The notes: generated by a model from the letters alone, not told the origin. Shown: positions 10,501 to 19,340, numbered from the stretch's first letter. The stretch is 64,000 nt of DNA from an uncultured Verrucomicrobiae bacterium (GCA_963809845.1 CAWELO010000014.1:157307-221306); one strand, 5' to 3'. Translations and numbers: made by a program.

Positions 10501-11032
10501 GCTCTTTATGTCGGTTCTCGTCCAGCAGGTCGTGCCGGCTGAATACGCTTTCGTGATCCATACCGTGAACCCCTCCAATGGGAATCGTGGTGAACTCTTC
10601 GCCGAAGTGGTGCTGGGTCTGGGTGAAACGCTGGTCGGCAATTACCCCGGTCGAGCGCTTGCGTTCGTGTGGAACAAGGAAACCCTGCAACCGCGCCTGC
10701 TCTCGTTTCCGAGCAAGAGCGTGGGTCTGTATGGTGAGGGCCTGATTTTTCGGTCGGATTCCAACGGCGAGGATCTGGCCGGCTACGCGGGGGCGGGCCT
10801 GTATGACAGCGTTTTGCTCAAAGAACCGCGGCGTGTTGAGCTGGATTATTCGAACGAGCGGCTGGTCTGGGATGAGTCCTTTCGCCAAAACCTGTTTGCC
10901 AGCATCGCCCGCATCGGCCAGGAGTTGGAGCGCGCCACCGGGTCACCCCAGGACGTCGAAGGCGCCCTCACCGGCAGTGACTATTACGTCGTGCAAACTC
11001 GACCGCAGGTGGGTCTCGATGCGCATGAATGA
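7544..11032 (+). CDS. Alpha-glucan,water dikinase (GWD)-like enzyme with two CBM45-like N-terminal repeats
   Basis: Start taken at GTG 7544, overlapping the glgA TGA as GTGA. No ATG lies downstream in frame near the glgA stop. Two N-terminal repeats contain LLLHWG (7658-7675 and 8090-8107) and RWDNNSGRNYQIPL / RWINYRGGNFYLPV. The phosphohistidine motif is DMVSHVAVRARNAGVLFASC (His codon 9857-9859). The C-terminus reads WASKWNDRAFLSRQ...YAFVIHTVNPSNG...GLGETLVGNYPGRALAF...FRSDSNGEDLAGYAGAGLYDSV...SPQDVEG...YVVQTRPQ, which closely matches my recollection of plant GWD1 (potato R1). Confidence 0.85.
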   Translation: MTTSSQTVTAQTGLKVEALISRRDTGLEVTLKAPAVPRLLLHWGLRRSGAEAWTIPPQPGWPPGTVAAGPGALQTPFAKMDGEARLVIPLSPADDYAALEFVLFLPDEGRWDNNSGRNYQIPLGETPAPGAKPLGVLRAQAGSEESLLDRVFELAGGGQLAVGVAKAGDQYRLRFVCDRARPLLLHWGVAQRSPHEWLLPPETSRGKAATVFHDQSAETPFSPQDGLNTLLLGFSEPEAPLGIQFVLREGPEGRWINYRGGNFYLPVKVRQAAMAHPGAREHADIAEEIVRAETTHNSWTLMHRFNLCYDLLDRVRGSPDGLALIYVYLRFSAIRQLTWQRNYNTKPRELAHAQERLTQRLAELYRQEPAGRPLARLTLATVGRGGEGQRIRDEILNIMHRHHVKEVSGHFLEEWHQKLHNNTTPDDVVICEAYLAFLKSNGDQDTFYRTLEAGGVTRQRLESFERPIRSHPDFVPHLKDALINDFKNFLKILKASHSGTDLETAIQAARSQLDGDLQGRLNQVWEQRNAPPERALDLVRQITEARRRLSSSFNRTGGLRELLYLDLALEQLLRAIIERNIHLPFGGDPLVDFIGCVLENLTLSYEEPELAACSRHWERLRSLPRFGDAWSLHAKSVLDRAARALGAWIDHFYQLLQPKAELLGGGFKAESWTITLFSEEVVRGSSLGFALSGLLRHLDPVLRRAAHIGNWQIISRGRGAGRVEVVEALSSVQGRRFDGPRVIVADRVTGEEEIPDQVTAVIAPDVVDMVSHVAVRARNAGVLFASCHDPELFQHLKSLQGRQVHLEVSAAGDVLAAEGMGETATQPPAHEPQRLSLPQRSFTRYAIPFSDFTEHLVGGKALHQAELRKRLPDWIHQPASAALPFGVFERVLSFESNRSVAKRYLELARQTASTGTEPLAELRQAILSLQAPAELIEALRAAMAASGLAWPDDWETAWTRIKQVWASKWNDRAFLSRQRIGLPHDSLFMSVLVQQVVPAEYAFVIHTVNPSNGNRGELFAEVVLGLGETLVGNYPGRALAFVWNKETLQPRLLSFPSKSVGLYGEGLIFRSDSNGEDLAGYAGAGLYDSVLLKEPRRVELDYSNERLVWDESFRQNLFASIARIGQELERATGSPQDVEGALTGSDYYVVQTRPQVGLDAHE

Positions 11033-11129
11033 CTCGCCCGGGCATGCGGTCGGAAGTGGGCGCGCCGTCCCCGGCGAAAGCGTTTGCCGCGCCGTTCCAA
11101 ACATTCCGCGCCAGCGCGTGCGCTAGGCC

Positions 11130-14100
11130 ATGCTCTACATCGGCAACCAGACCTCCTGCTGGACGCCCGCGCCTGCGGAGCCGTTTGATTATGCCTTGGC
11201 GCAGGGGTTCGACGCCTTCGAATGGTTTCCGGACAAGAAGCCCGAGGGCGGATGGGATGACGCCGATCTCGATGGCCCGACTCGGACACTGATCCGGGAA
11301 CGTGCTCGCGCCCTGGGGGTGCGCCTGTCGGTTCATGCCCGGTGGCAAGCCAGCCCATTTTCGTCTGAGGGGTATGCGCTCCTGTGGAACGATCTGGAAC
11401 TAGCGCGAGACCTCGGGGCCGCCCTGTTGAATATCCACTTGTCGCACGAACAAGGCGTTGAAGCGTTCATCCATGCCCTTCGACCGTTGATCGAAAGAAC
11501 GGCTCAAACAGGTCTGCAGCTTGCCATCGAGAACACGCCGCTCCATTCACCTGAAGACTTCAACGAATTCTTCGGCCGGCTCAAGCAGGCCATGCCGATC
11601 AACGCCGCCCACGTGGGGATGTGCTTTGACCTCGGACATGCCAATTTGTGCGCCGCCACGCGCAACGATTACCTGAAGTTCTACGATCGACTTGCCTCGC
11701 AGGTGCCGGTTATCCATCTCCATTTCCACGAAAACTGGGGCGATTCGGATTCACACCTGCCACTCTTTACCGGTCCGGCCGCGCGGGACGACGCCGGAAT
11801 CCGCGGCTTGCTGGACCGGCTCCGGCGGCGAACGTTCGAGGGATCGGTCATTCTCGAACAATGGCCCACTCCCCCGTCGCTTCTGGACCAGGCGCGAGAT
11901 CGCCTGCTGCAGTTGTGGAGTGTCGAGGTGAAGACGGGAGCGCCCGTCGAGCCTGTGGTCGCTTCGGCTTCGGTCCCAGAAAAATCCGTCGCCCCCAAGC
12001 CGAGGGAGGAAGCGGCGGCTCATCCCGGCGACCCTCCGCTCGAGGAGGGGAGGGACCAAGGCCGAGGATCAGCGGCTACCGCCACGGCCGAATCTGGCCG
12101 GGCGCCGGGGGCCGCCGCCACGTCCGACGAGTTTATCGGCCGGCTGACCACTGGAAACCAGCGCGCTCGTAGCTGGCGTGAGAAGCTGGATTTGGTGCTC
12201 CACCTTTTGACCGATGGAACGCATCCGATTGCCGCGGAGGGCTTGATCGATCTTGCCATTTACCTGCGATTCCTCGGGACCGGCGAGATCCCCTGCGTGG
12301 AAGACGGGCGGCACTTCCGTCCGGCGAGTCACGCCCGGATTTCCGCTCAAATCCAGGAGGGTCTGGGGCGCGTGACGGGCAATGGAAATGAATTCATCGT
12401 GCGCCGGATTTGGCCCTGGCTGCCTTCCGCCGCGCCCGCCTTTCAGCGCCCGGAGCCTCTGACCCGGATTCGGGACATCGCGCACCGGAACGACATCGAT
12501 CCAGATCTGAAGCGAGAGCTCAAAACGACGCTTCAGAACAAGCTGCACCGCTGTGCCGGGCCGGAGGACCTGGCCACCTCCTCGGCTATTCTGCGGCGCA
12601 TTACCGCTCCGGGCGCCGCGTATTCGCCGGGCTTCGTCGAACAATTCAAGATCTTCCACGAGGAGCTCAAGGAGTTCTTTAACGCGCAATCGCTGGATCA
12701 ACGCCTCGAAGAACTTAAGCCGTCGGCCTCTCCGAGCCAGAGGGAACGGATCGAAGGGTTCCTGCGTGGACGACACGGCAAAACGGTCCCGGAGCAGTTG
12801 GCGGCCCTGCGGCTGCTGACCACGTTGCGTGGGGCACTGCTTCCTGCCGGCAAGCCGCCCGCCGCGGCCCCAACCCAGCCTCATATCCTGGCCGATGTGG
12901 CCCTCGAAGGTTTTGCGTTTGTACTGCTCAGCCAGATCATCAACGGCTCTGAATCCCTGGTATCGGAACAAGGCCGGAAATCTCAGATCGAGGCGCTCAG
13001 CCTGGCCTTGGACAACCTGGTGTTCAGTGGTATCGAGGTGTCCGAATCCCAGGCCCTGGCCCACGAACTTCGCGAATTCACATCCTCGAAGGTTGCACCA
13101 CTCGAGGGCGCGGTCGCGCGGCGTGCGGCCGCGGTCAGAGGCCCGTTCCTCCCTCCCGGCAGCCCATCTGCCCGCGCTCGATCCCCGCGATGATTTGCTC
13201 CGATTCAAAGCCAGCTTGTTGCGCGCTCGCCGCCTGGCGGACAGCTTCAGTGAACGAATCCTGGCGTTGTTTGGGGGCCGGGCGGAACAGCTTGGCCGGG
13301 CTTTGGGGGTGGCCGATCATGCGATTCGGGTTTTCTGCGAATCCGAACTTCGTGGACACCTCGTTTTTCAGATTTCGAAGCTGGTTTCGAGTTTGCTGCG
13401 TCAGGTTCGAACCGAGCTTCGCGCCTCACCTTGGGATGTGCTGGTGGCCGGGCGCGCGCTCGGGCGGCTTACCACCGTCGATACTTTGGATCAACTCCAA
13501 CCGGTGCCCGGCGAATCGATCATCGCGCTGCTCCAGCAGGCGGCGGGGGACGAGGAAATGCCGAAGAACCTGACCGCGGTGCTGCTGGCGCACGAGCTCC
13601 GCACCTTTCGCACTTGGGCGTCCGCGCCCGTCAAGCCGGCGTGGTGTTTGCCACCTGCGAGGAGCCGCGGGAATGGGACCGTCTGCGCGAGCTCGCAGGC
13701 CAGACCATTTCCGTCAACGCCCTTCCCGATGCGGTGACCTGGGAGATCGCCATCGCTCCCAAACCGCCCCTTGCCGAAGCGCCGCGCCGCCGGCCTCGAA
13801 TCCCTTCCATTCGCCTGAATCCCGAGGCCGCCTGGTTCCCGCTCGAACGGGCAACCCCCGAGACGACCGGCGGCAAGGCCAATGCCGCCCGCCGGTTGGC
13901 CGAACTCGCGCGCACGTCGCCGGGTTTCCACACGCCCCGCTCGCTGGTCGTCCCCTTCGGTGTCCTGGAGCAAACCTTGAGCACCGTCCCGGGAGTGGCG
14001 GCGGAATATCGAGCTTTGAAGGAAGGAATCAACGGGCTCCCGCTCCGAGGCGATCCCCGCCCGAGCCCAAAAGCTGCGCGATTGCCTGGAAAAGCTGGCC

Positions 14101-14802
14101 GTGCCACCGGCGATCGGTTCTGAGATCACCCATCAGTTTTCTTCCGAGACCGCGCTGATCGTTCGCTCGAGCGCCAATTGCGAGGATCTCGAAGGTTTTG
14201 CGGGCGCCGGCCTCTACGAATCGGTCCTCAACGTGCCGGCTTCGGAGGTGGGCCCAGCGATCCGGGCGGTGTGGGCTTCGCTCTGGACCGATCGCGCAAC
14301 GCTCAGCCGCCGCGAGGCGGGCATCCCTCACGAGCAGGCCCATATGGCGGTGCTGATCCAGGAATTGTTGGATCCCGATTTGTCCTTTGTGCTGCACACG
14401 GTCAATCCGCTGACCTCGAATGCGCGGGAGCTGTATGCTGAAATTGTGGTGGGCTTGGGCGAGACGCTTGCCTCCGCGGCCACCCGCGGCAATCCCTATC
14501 GGTTGGTAAGTCACAAGGACTCCGGCGCGGTAACCACCTTGGCCTTCGCCGACTTCAGCCAGGCATTGCACCCCAAGGCCGGAGGCGGCTTGCGCCGGGA
14601 AACCGTGGACTACGCGGCGATCGATCTCAGCCGTTGTTCGGAGGCTCGGCAGCGGCTGGGCGCGCAGTTAGCTTCAGTTGGGGCCGCCGTCGAGCGCGCC
14701 TTCGGCGGGCCGCAGGACATCGAAGGAGTCGTGGTCCAGGGTCGAGTTTATCTTGTCCAAACCCGCCCCCAGCAGGGATTATCGCGCCGAGAGCCAAAAT
14801 GA
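11130..14802 (+). pseudogene. Xylose-isomerase-fold TIM barrel fused to a phosphoglucan,water dikinase (PWD/GWD3)-like enzyme; reading frame broken three times (~13.10-13.18 kb, ~13598, ~14048)
   Basis: Frame 0 (11130-13193) holds the TIM barrel (LAIENTP, CFDLGHAN, IHLHFHENWGDSDSHLPL), a Pro/Ala linker and the GWD-type middle region (LIDLAIYLRFLGTGEI). The sequence continues in ORF 12829-13737 (DDLLRFKASLL...AVLLAHEL). It then continues in ORF 13431-14123 (PHLSHLGVRARQAGVVFATCEE; His codon 13611-13613). It ends in ORF 14101-14802 (IVRSSANCEDLEGFAGAGLYESV...VWASLWTDRATLSRR...SFVLHTVNPL...GLGETLAS...TLAFADFS...PQDIEGVVVQGRVYLVQTRPQ). The PHLSHLGVRARQ, SFVLHT and TLAF-NFS motifs match my recollection of plant PWD. 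Confidence 0.8.
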
Positions 14803-15914
14803 AAACCGTGCTTCCCACCGGGGTCAAAACGCTGGCCCTTTTTGAAAAGCGCTTCGAGGGCGACGACGCCCTGTTCGAGTTGGCCCGGCGGCGTTTCCTC
14901 AAAGCCGGCATGGGAGCGGAAATGCACGCCGGCACACCGGAGCAGTTGCAGTCGCTCTTGAAGTTCCGGCCGGGGCAAGAGGCCCCGCTGGTGGTCCATC
15001 TGCCGCGCGATTTCAATCTCATCGACGGTTCGAGCCCCGGGAGGATCCTGGAGCTGGCCACCCGGTTCGCCGGTCAAATCCATGGCCTGGTGATTCACGA
15101 TCACCCCACGATCGCCACGCGCCGTGCGGAATATGTCGCGGCTGCCTGGAAACTGGATGACCAGTTCGAGAAGATCGAGGGCTGCCCGATGCTGTTTGTG
15201 GAATACGCCGCCGGGGTCGAGCCGGGAGAGTTCGCCGGGTTCTTTGCCGAAATCCCCGACCTGGAGCACCTGAGCGCCTGCATCGATATCGGGCATGTGG
15301 GGATTCGCGCCGCGCAAGCGGACTACGCTCGAAAGCACGGGGGCGACGATATCTTCCTCTTGAAGGCTCAGGGCCCGAGGCTGCCACAGGTCATCGCGGA
15401 AGTGCAAGCTTCGGTGGCCGCAGGGGTGGCGGAGGTTTTGGAACTGATCCAGGCGCTCTCCACGCTCCGCAAGCCCTTCCACTTTCATTTGCACGACGGC
15501 CATCCGCTTTCGACGTTCAGTCCTTTCGGGGTTTCCGATCACTTGAGCTTCTTCAGCGAGATTCCGCTGAACTTCGAGCACGAGGGCCGCCGGACTGTGC
15601 CGGCCATGTTCGGGCCAGGGGGCCTGGCCAAGGTGGTCAGCCGGGTCCTCGGGTTCATGATCCCCGAGCGCGTTTCTTTTACCCTCGAAATTCATCCCAC
15701 CGGCGAACGCTTGCCCCCGGGGGCGGAGTCCTCCTTATTTGACCACTGGACCGACAAGACCAATGCGGAGCGCATGAACCACTGGATCGAGCTGCTGAGC
15801 CGTAATCGCGCACTGTTGCGCCAGACCATTGATTCAGCCCTCGCACTCAAAAACCCTCAACCGCTTATCCCGGCACCACCGGTCGAGATGGAGAGTGGAG
15901 CCTGCGACATTTGA
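14799..15914 (+). CDS. Xylose-isomerase-like TIM-barrel protein (AP endonuclease 2 / sugar-phosphate isomerase-epimerase family), paralogous to the N-terminus of the preceding gene
   Basis: Start at MKTVLPTGV, with an ATGA overlap on the upstream stop (14799-14802). Motifs are LVIHDHP, LFVEYAAG, ACIDIGHVG and FHFHLHDGHP...VSDHLSF. The equivalent fused-domain motifs are IENTP, FDLGHAN and HLHFHEN...DSHLPL. Confidence 0.75.
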   Translation: MKTVLPTGVKTLALFEKRFEGDDALFELARRRFLKAGMGAEMHAGTPEQLQSLLKFRPGQEAPLVVHLPRDFNLIDGSSPGRILELATRFAGQIHGLVIHDHPTIATRRAEYVAAAWKLDDQFEKIEGCPMLFVEYAAGVEPGEFAGFFAEIPDLEHLSACIDIGHVGIRAAQADYARKHGGDDIFLLKAQGPRLPQVIAEVQASVAAGVAEVLELIQALSTLRKPFHFHLHDGHPLSTFSPFGVSDHLSFFSEIPLNFEHEGRRTVPAMFGPGGLAKVVSRVLGFMIPERVSFTLEIHPTGERLPPGAESSLFDHWTDKTNAERMNHWIELLSRNRALLRQTIDSALALKNPQPLIPAPPVEMESGACDI

Positions 15915-15954
15915 CCTGGACCACACCCAATCCTCGAGCCCGCTTAGCTTTTTC

Positions 15955-17135
15955 ATGCGAACGATTTCTCACGCTCTCGTCCTGAATCTCCATCAACCCC
16001 TGGGCAATCTCGAAGCCCTGCTCGAGACCAAGGAATGGGAGGCTAAGGAAATCCTTTTTGCCATGGATCGCATCCCGCGTTCTCTTTGGGGCTATGAAGA
16101 TGTCGGGCGGGTGCACCTCGCTCTTTCGGGAACGCTATTGGAAACCCTCTCGCGCTCCGACTTCCAGGAACGCGTGTATGGGATCGTGAAATGCGGCGAT
16201 CTGCTGTGGCACCTGCAAAATGACCGCGCTCTGCAGGTGCTGGGCACCGGTTATTACCATCCCGTTTTGCCTCTGATACCCGCGGAGGACTGGCAGGCGC
16301 ATTTAGAGCGCTGGCAGGGCATCGCGCGGCACTTGTTTTGGCGCGCCCGCTTCCCCGGCTTCTGGCCGCCCGAGATGGGCTTTTGCATGGAGCTCATCCC
16401 GCTGCTCAAACGGTTGGGCTATGAATATGTGCTGGTGGACAGCCAGCATGTCGCACCCGTCACCCCCATGCGTTGGGAGGAAATCCGCTACCGTCCGCAT
16501 GTCGCCCGCCATGGCGGCGAGGAGATCATCGTCGTGGTCCGGGATCGTGAACTCTCCGACGCGCAAGAAGCGGGGATGGATACCGGCTGGTTCATGCACG
16601 AGGTGCGCGAGCGGACCCGGTTTTGCGACTTCCCCCCGCTGGTCACCACTTGCAGCGACGGCGACAACGGCGGCTGGTTCCGCAACCTCTCCGAAAAGGG
16701 CAACTTTTGGGGGGTATTCTATTCAGCCGTTGCTCGAACGGGTGCGGCGGGGTGAAACCGAAGTGCGTCCGGTTTTCATTGACGAATACCTTCGGGGCCC
16801 ACGGCGCGCATGGCGAGGTGCGCGTGCAGACCGGGGCTTGGAACACCGGCTGGCACAGTGGCTTCGGCTTCACTCAGTGGACGGGCACCCAGGTACAGAA
16901 GGACGCCCTGCGGCGGCTCGCCGAAACCAGCCGTGCCTTCCACGAGGTGGCGCAGGCCACCGGGGGAGCCGGAAGTGGAAGTCCGGACAGCCGCCGCCGG
17001 CTCGAAGAGGCCCATTGGCGCCTGCTCCGAGCCGAGACGAGCTGCAATTTCTTCTGGGGCGAGGCCTGGGTGCCGCGCTGCCACGCGGATCTCGATCAGG
17101 TCTGGGCCATCCTGAATGGCCTCAACGCGAGGTGA
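15955..17135 (+). pseudogene. Glycoside hydrolase family 57 protein, two +1 frameshifts (~16714 in a G6 run, ~16799 in a CCC run)
   Basis: MRTISHALVLNLHQPLGN (the HQP motif), GTGYYHPVLPLI, FWPPEMGF and TTCSDGDNGGWF. The protein then continues in the next frame as YSIQPLLERVRRGETEVRPVFIDEYLRG. The third frame follows with HGAHGEVRVQTGAWNTGWHSGFGFTQWTG...NFFWGEAW. Confidence 0.8.
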
Positions 17136-17218
17136 TTTCGGTTGCGTAACCGCGGCCCAAGCCGCGTCGCAACGCCCTGCGCTGTTGCCGCCGCCCGCCA
17201 AAGGCCGGCGGCCTTCAG

Positions 17219-18577
17219 TTACGGCCCATTCCGGACGCTATAAAAGGCCGCGCCTTTGGCCGCGGCGTTGGCGTCCGATATACGCACGAGTGTGCCGGGG
17301 CTGTTGGTCGTGAGCAGCACGGCCCACGAGCTCAGCGGCAAGCCGCAGTTGGTGGTCGAGACCACGGTAAGCATCTGCCCGGGGACCGTCGCAATATCGA
17401 ATCCAAAAGCGCTCCCGCTCCACCCGGGATTTGAGACCACTGGCAAGGGACTCACGCCGCCCGCGGTGATTAAACTCAGCTTGGTGGAGGTGGCACGGTA
17501 GGCCACGGTCGCATAAACCGAATTACTGGCCCATGCGCCGTGATAAAAACCCACGCTGAGGTCGTAGGTCGAGTTCGGCAGCAGAGTTCCGGCTGGGATG
17601 ATCACGGAAGTTGCCGTTCCGTTCAACGCGCCGGGGGTTAGGATGTCGCCGCTGCTCCAAACGTTGCTGGCCGATCCGACTATGACGCTAATGTAATCCG
17701 CTGTGCCGCCCCCGACAAAAGGGTCCCAGGTGATTGTGAACGGCTTGGTTGCATCCACGGCCTGGGCCGCCGCATAGTTTGAAACGTGGGGGGCGTTCGG
17801 CTGGGCGATCGTGCTGGGCAACGAGACCGCAACGGTTTGGTTGGAGGTCGAAGCCATCACGTCAAAACTGTAGTTTCCTTCCGGGTACGCCGCCTCGAGC
17901 ACGTTGGAATCGACCGTGAAATAGAAGAAATAGTACGTCTCGTGCTGCACAAAGTTCTGGGTTAGGTTCGTAACGGCGCTTGAAGGCGAGGTCAGTGTGA
18001 TGGCGGTAGCCGTCCGGTTCGACGCCAGGGTGACCGAAGCGCCGAAGGCAAACGGAACATTTGTCATCAGCGATGGCGCCGCGGCCGAGTTTTGCTCGTA
18101 GGAATATATTTTTCCCACGTTGAAGGTGGTAATTCGATTGGTGCCCGAACCGGAAGTCGTGCCGCCTCCCCCGCTGCCCGTCGTGAAGGAGCCCGTGGGG
18201 ATGCCACCCAACGGGGTGCTATCGGCGGCTTGACCGGAAACGGCCCACGTGAGCGATTTGTTGGAGGGAAAGGCCGGACTGGGGGTGCAGGTCAGGACGG
18301 TGCCCGCCGCGTTCCAGTCCTGGATGGTGGTCAAGGGACCCGTTGGATTCGAGATATCGATGAAAAAGGCCGTGGTGGCATTCGTATCCATTGCCCCGCT
18401 GAAGGTAAAAACCACCGCCGCGCTGGGCGAGACGCCGGTCGCCCCATTGGGCGGCACCATGGAACTGATCGTGACCTGGGCCTGCGCGCCCGCACCGCAA
18501 AGCCCCAGCCAAAGGAGGGCCAGGATGGCGGCCCGGCCGGCCCGAATTGAAAACCGAAGAAATGCGTACCCATTCAT
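17219..18577 (-). CDS. Secreted Ser/Thr-rich protein with an N-terminal Ig-like (SbsA/Big_5-type) domain and a C-terminal FYR-type tail
   Basis: Start at MNGYAFLRF. Signal peptide is AILALLWLGLCGAGAQAQ. Then VTISSMVPPNGATGVSPSAAVVFTFSGAMD. The C-terminus reads GSAFGFDI...SSWAVLLTT...AAFYSVRNGP. Confidence 0.7.
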   Translation of the reverse strand: MNGYAFLRFSIRAGRAAILALLWLGLCGAGAQAQVTISSMVPPNGATGVSPSAAVVFTFSGAMDTNATTAFFIDISNPTGPLTTIQDWNAAGTVLTCTPSPAFPSNKSLTWAVSGQAADSTPLGGIPTGSFTTGSGGGGTTSGSGTNRITTFNVGKIYSYEQNSAAAPSLMTNVPFAFGASVTLASNRTATAITLTSPSSAVTNLTQNFVQHETYYFFYFTVDSNVLEAAYPEGNYSFDVMASTSNQTVAVSLPSTIAQPNAPHVSNYAAAQAVDATKPFTITWDPFVGGGTADYISVIVGSASNVWSSGDILTPGALNGTATSVIIPAGTLLPNSTYDLSVGFYHGAWASNSVYATVAYRATSTKLSLITAGGVSPLPVVSNPGWSGSAFGFDIATVPGQMLTVVSTTNCGLPLSSWAVLLTTNSPGTLVRISDANAAAKGAAFYSVRNGP

Positions 18578-18817
18578 ATTGCGTTGACCCTTCGCTACAC
18601 CTGATGATTCACCTGTTGATACCAACCGCTTTCGGAGAGTCTCTATAGCCTAAGGCCCGGCAGGAGGCCAGAATAAAGTTGACCGGCTCGCCGGGTGGTC
18701 ATCGAGCGCCCGCGCCCTGGAGGACTACAGCAGCGAGCGGGCCAATTTAGGGAAACTGAAAACGTGTGGCGGGCAGCCCGCCTTCTTGACTTCGCGCGGC
18801 TGGTTCGAAAGAATTGG

Positions 18818-19246
18818 ATGCAACGTATGCCGCGCAAACGCAGTGCTCAGAACAAACGGCTTTCCCGAAAGGAAGTGCGGGAGTTGGACCTCAAGATCAG
18901 TTTTTTGGAGGGGATCGTGCGGCGCGATGGCAATTACGTTGAAGCGCTGCAGGTGCTGGGTGATCATTACACGCAACGGGGTCAGTACGAGCACAGTTTG
19001 AAGGTGGATCAGCAACTCTCGCGGCTGGAACCGCTCAACCCCCTGGTCTTCTACAACCTGGCTTGCAGCTACGCGCTGAATTCGGAATTTGATTTGGCCG
19101 CCGTTGCCCTCGAACAAGCCCTGACGCTGGGCTATCGTGATTTCAAGTGGCTGGCCAGGGATCCCGACCTCCGGCGGTTGCGCAAGCACCCGCTGTATCG
19201 CACCATCGAGGATAAAATCCGGAAGATGAAGGTGAAGGTGACCTGA
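18818..19246 (+). CDS. TPR-repeat protein
   Basis: MQRMPRKRS...YVEALQVLGDHYTQRGQYEHSLKVDQQLSRLEPLNPLVFYNLACSYALNSEFDLAAVALEQAL is TPR-like. The exact start is uncertain (18818 or 18827). Confidence 0.6.
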   Translation: MQRMPRKRSAQNKRLSRKEVRELDLKISFLEGIVRRDGNYVEALQVLGDHYTQRGQYEHSLKVDQQLSRLEPLNPLVFYNLACSYALNSEFDLAAVALEQALTLGYRDFKWLARDPDLRRLRKHPLYRTIEDKIRKMKVKVT

Positions 19247-19340
19247 GCGCAGGTTTCACCCCGGCGGGCGGCCTTGTGCCCGCCTCCACCCGAGCAACCC
19301 CCCAGCGGACGCGCGTGCTGTGCCCCCGGCCCACCCGCTT

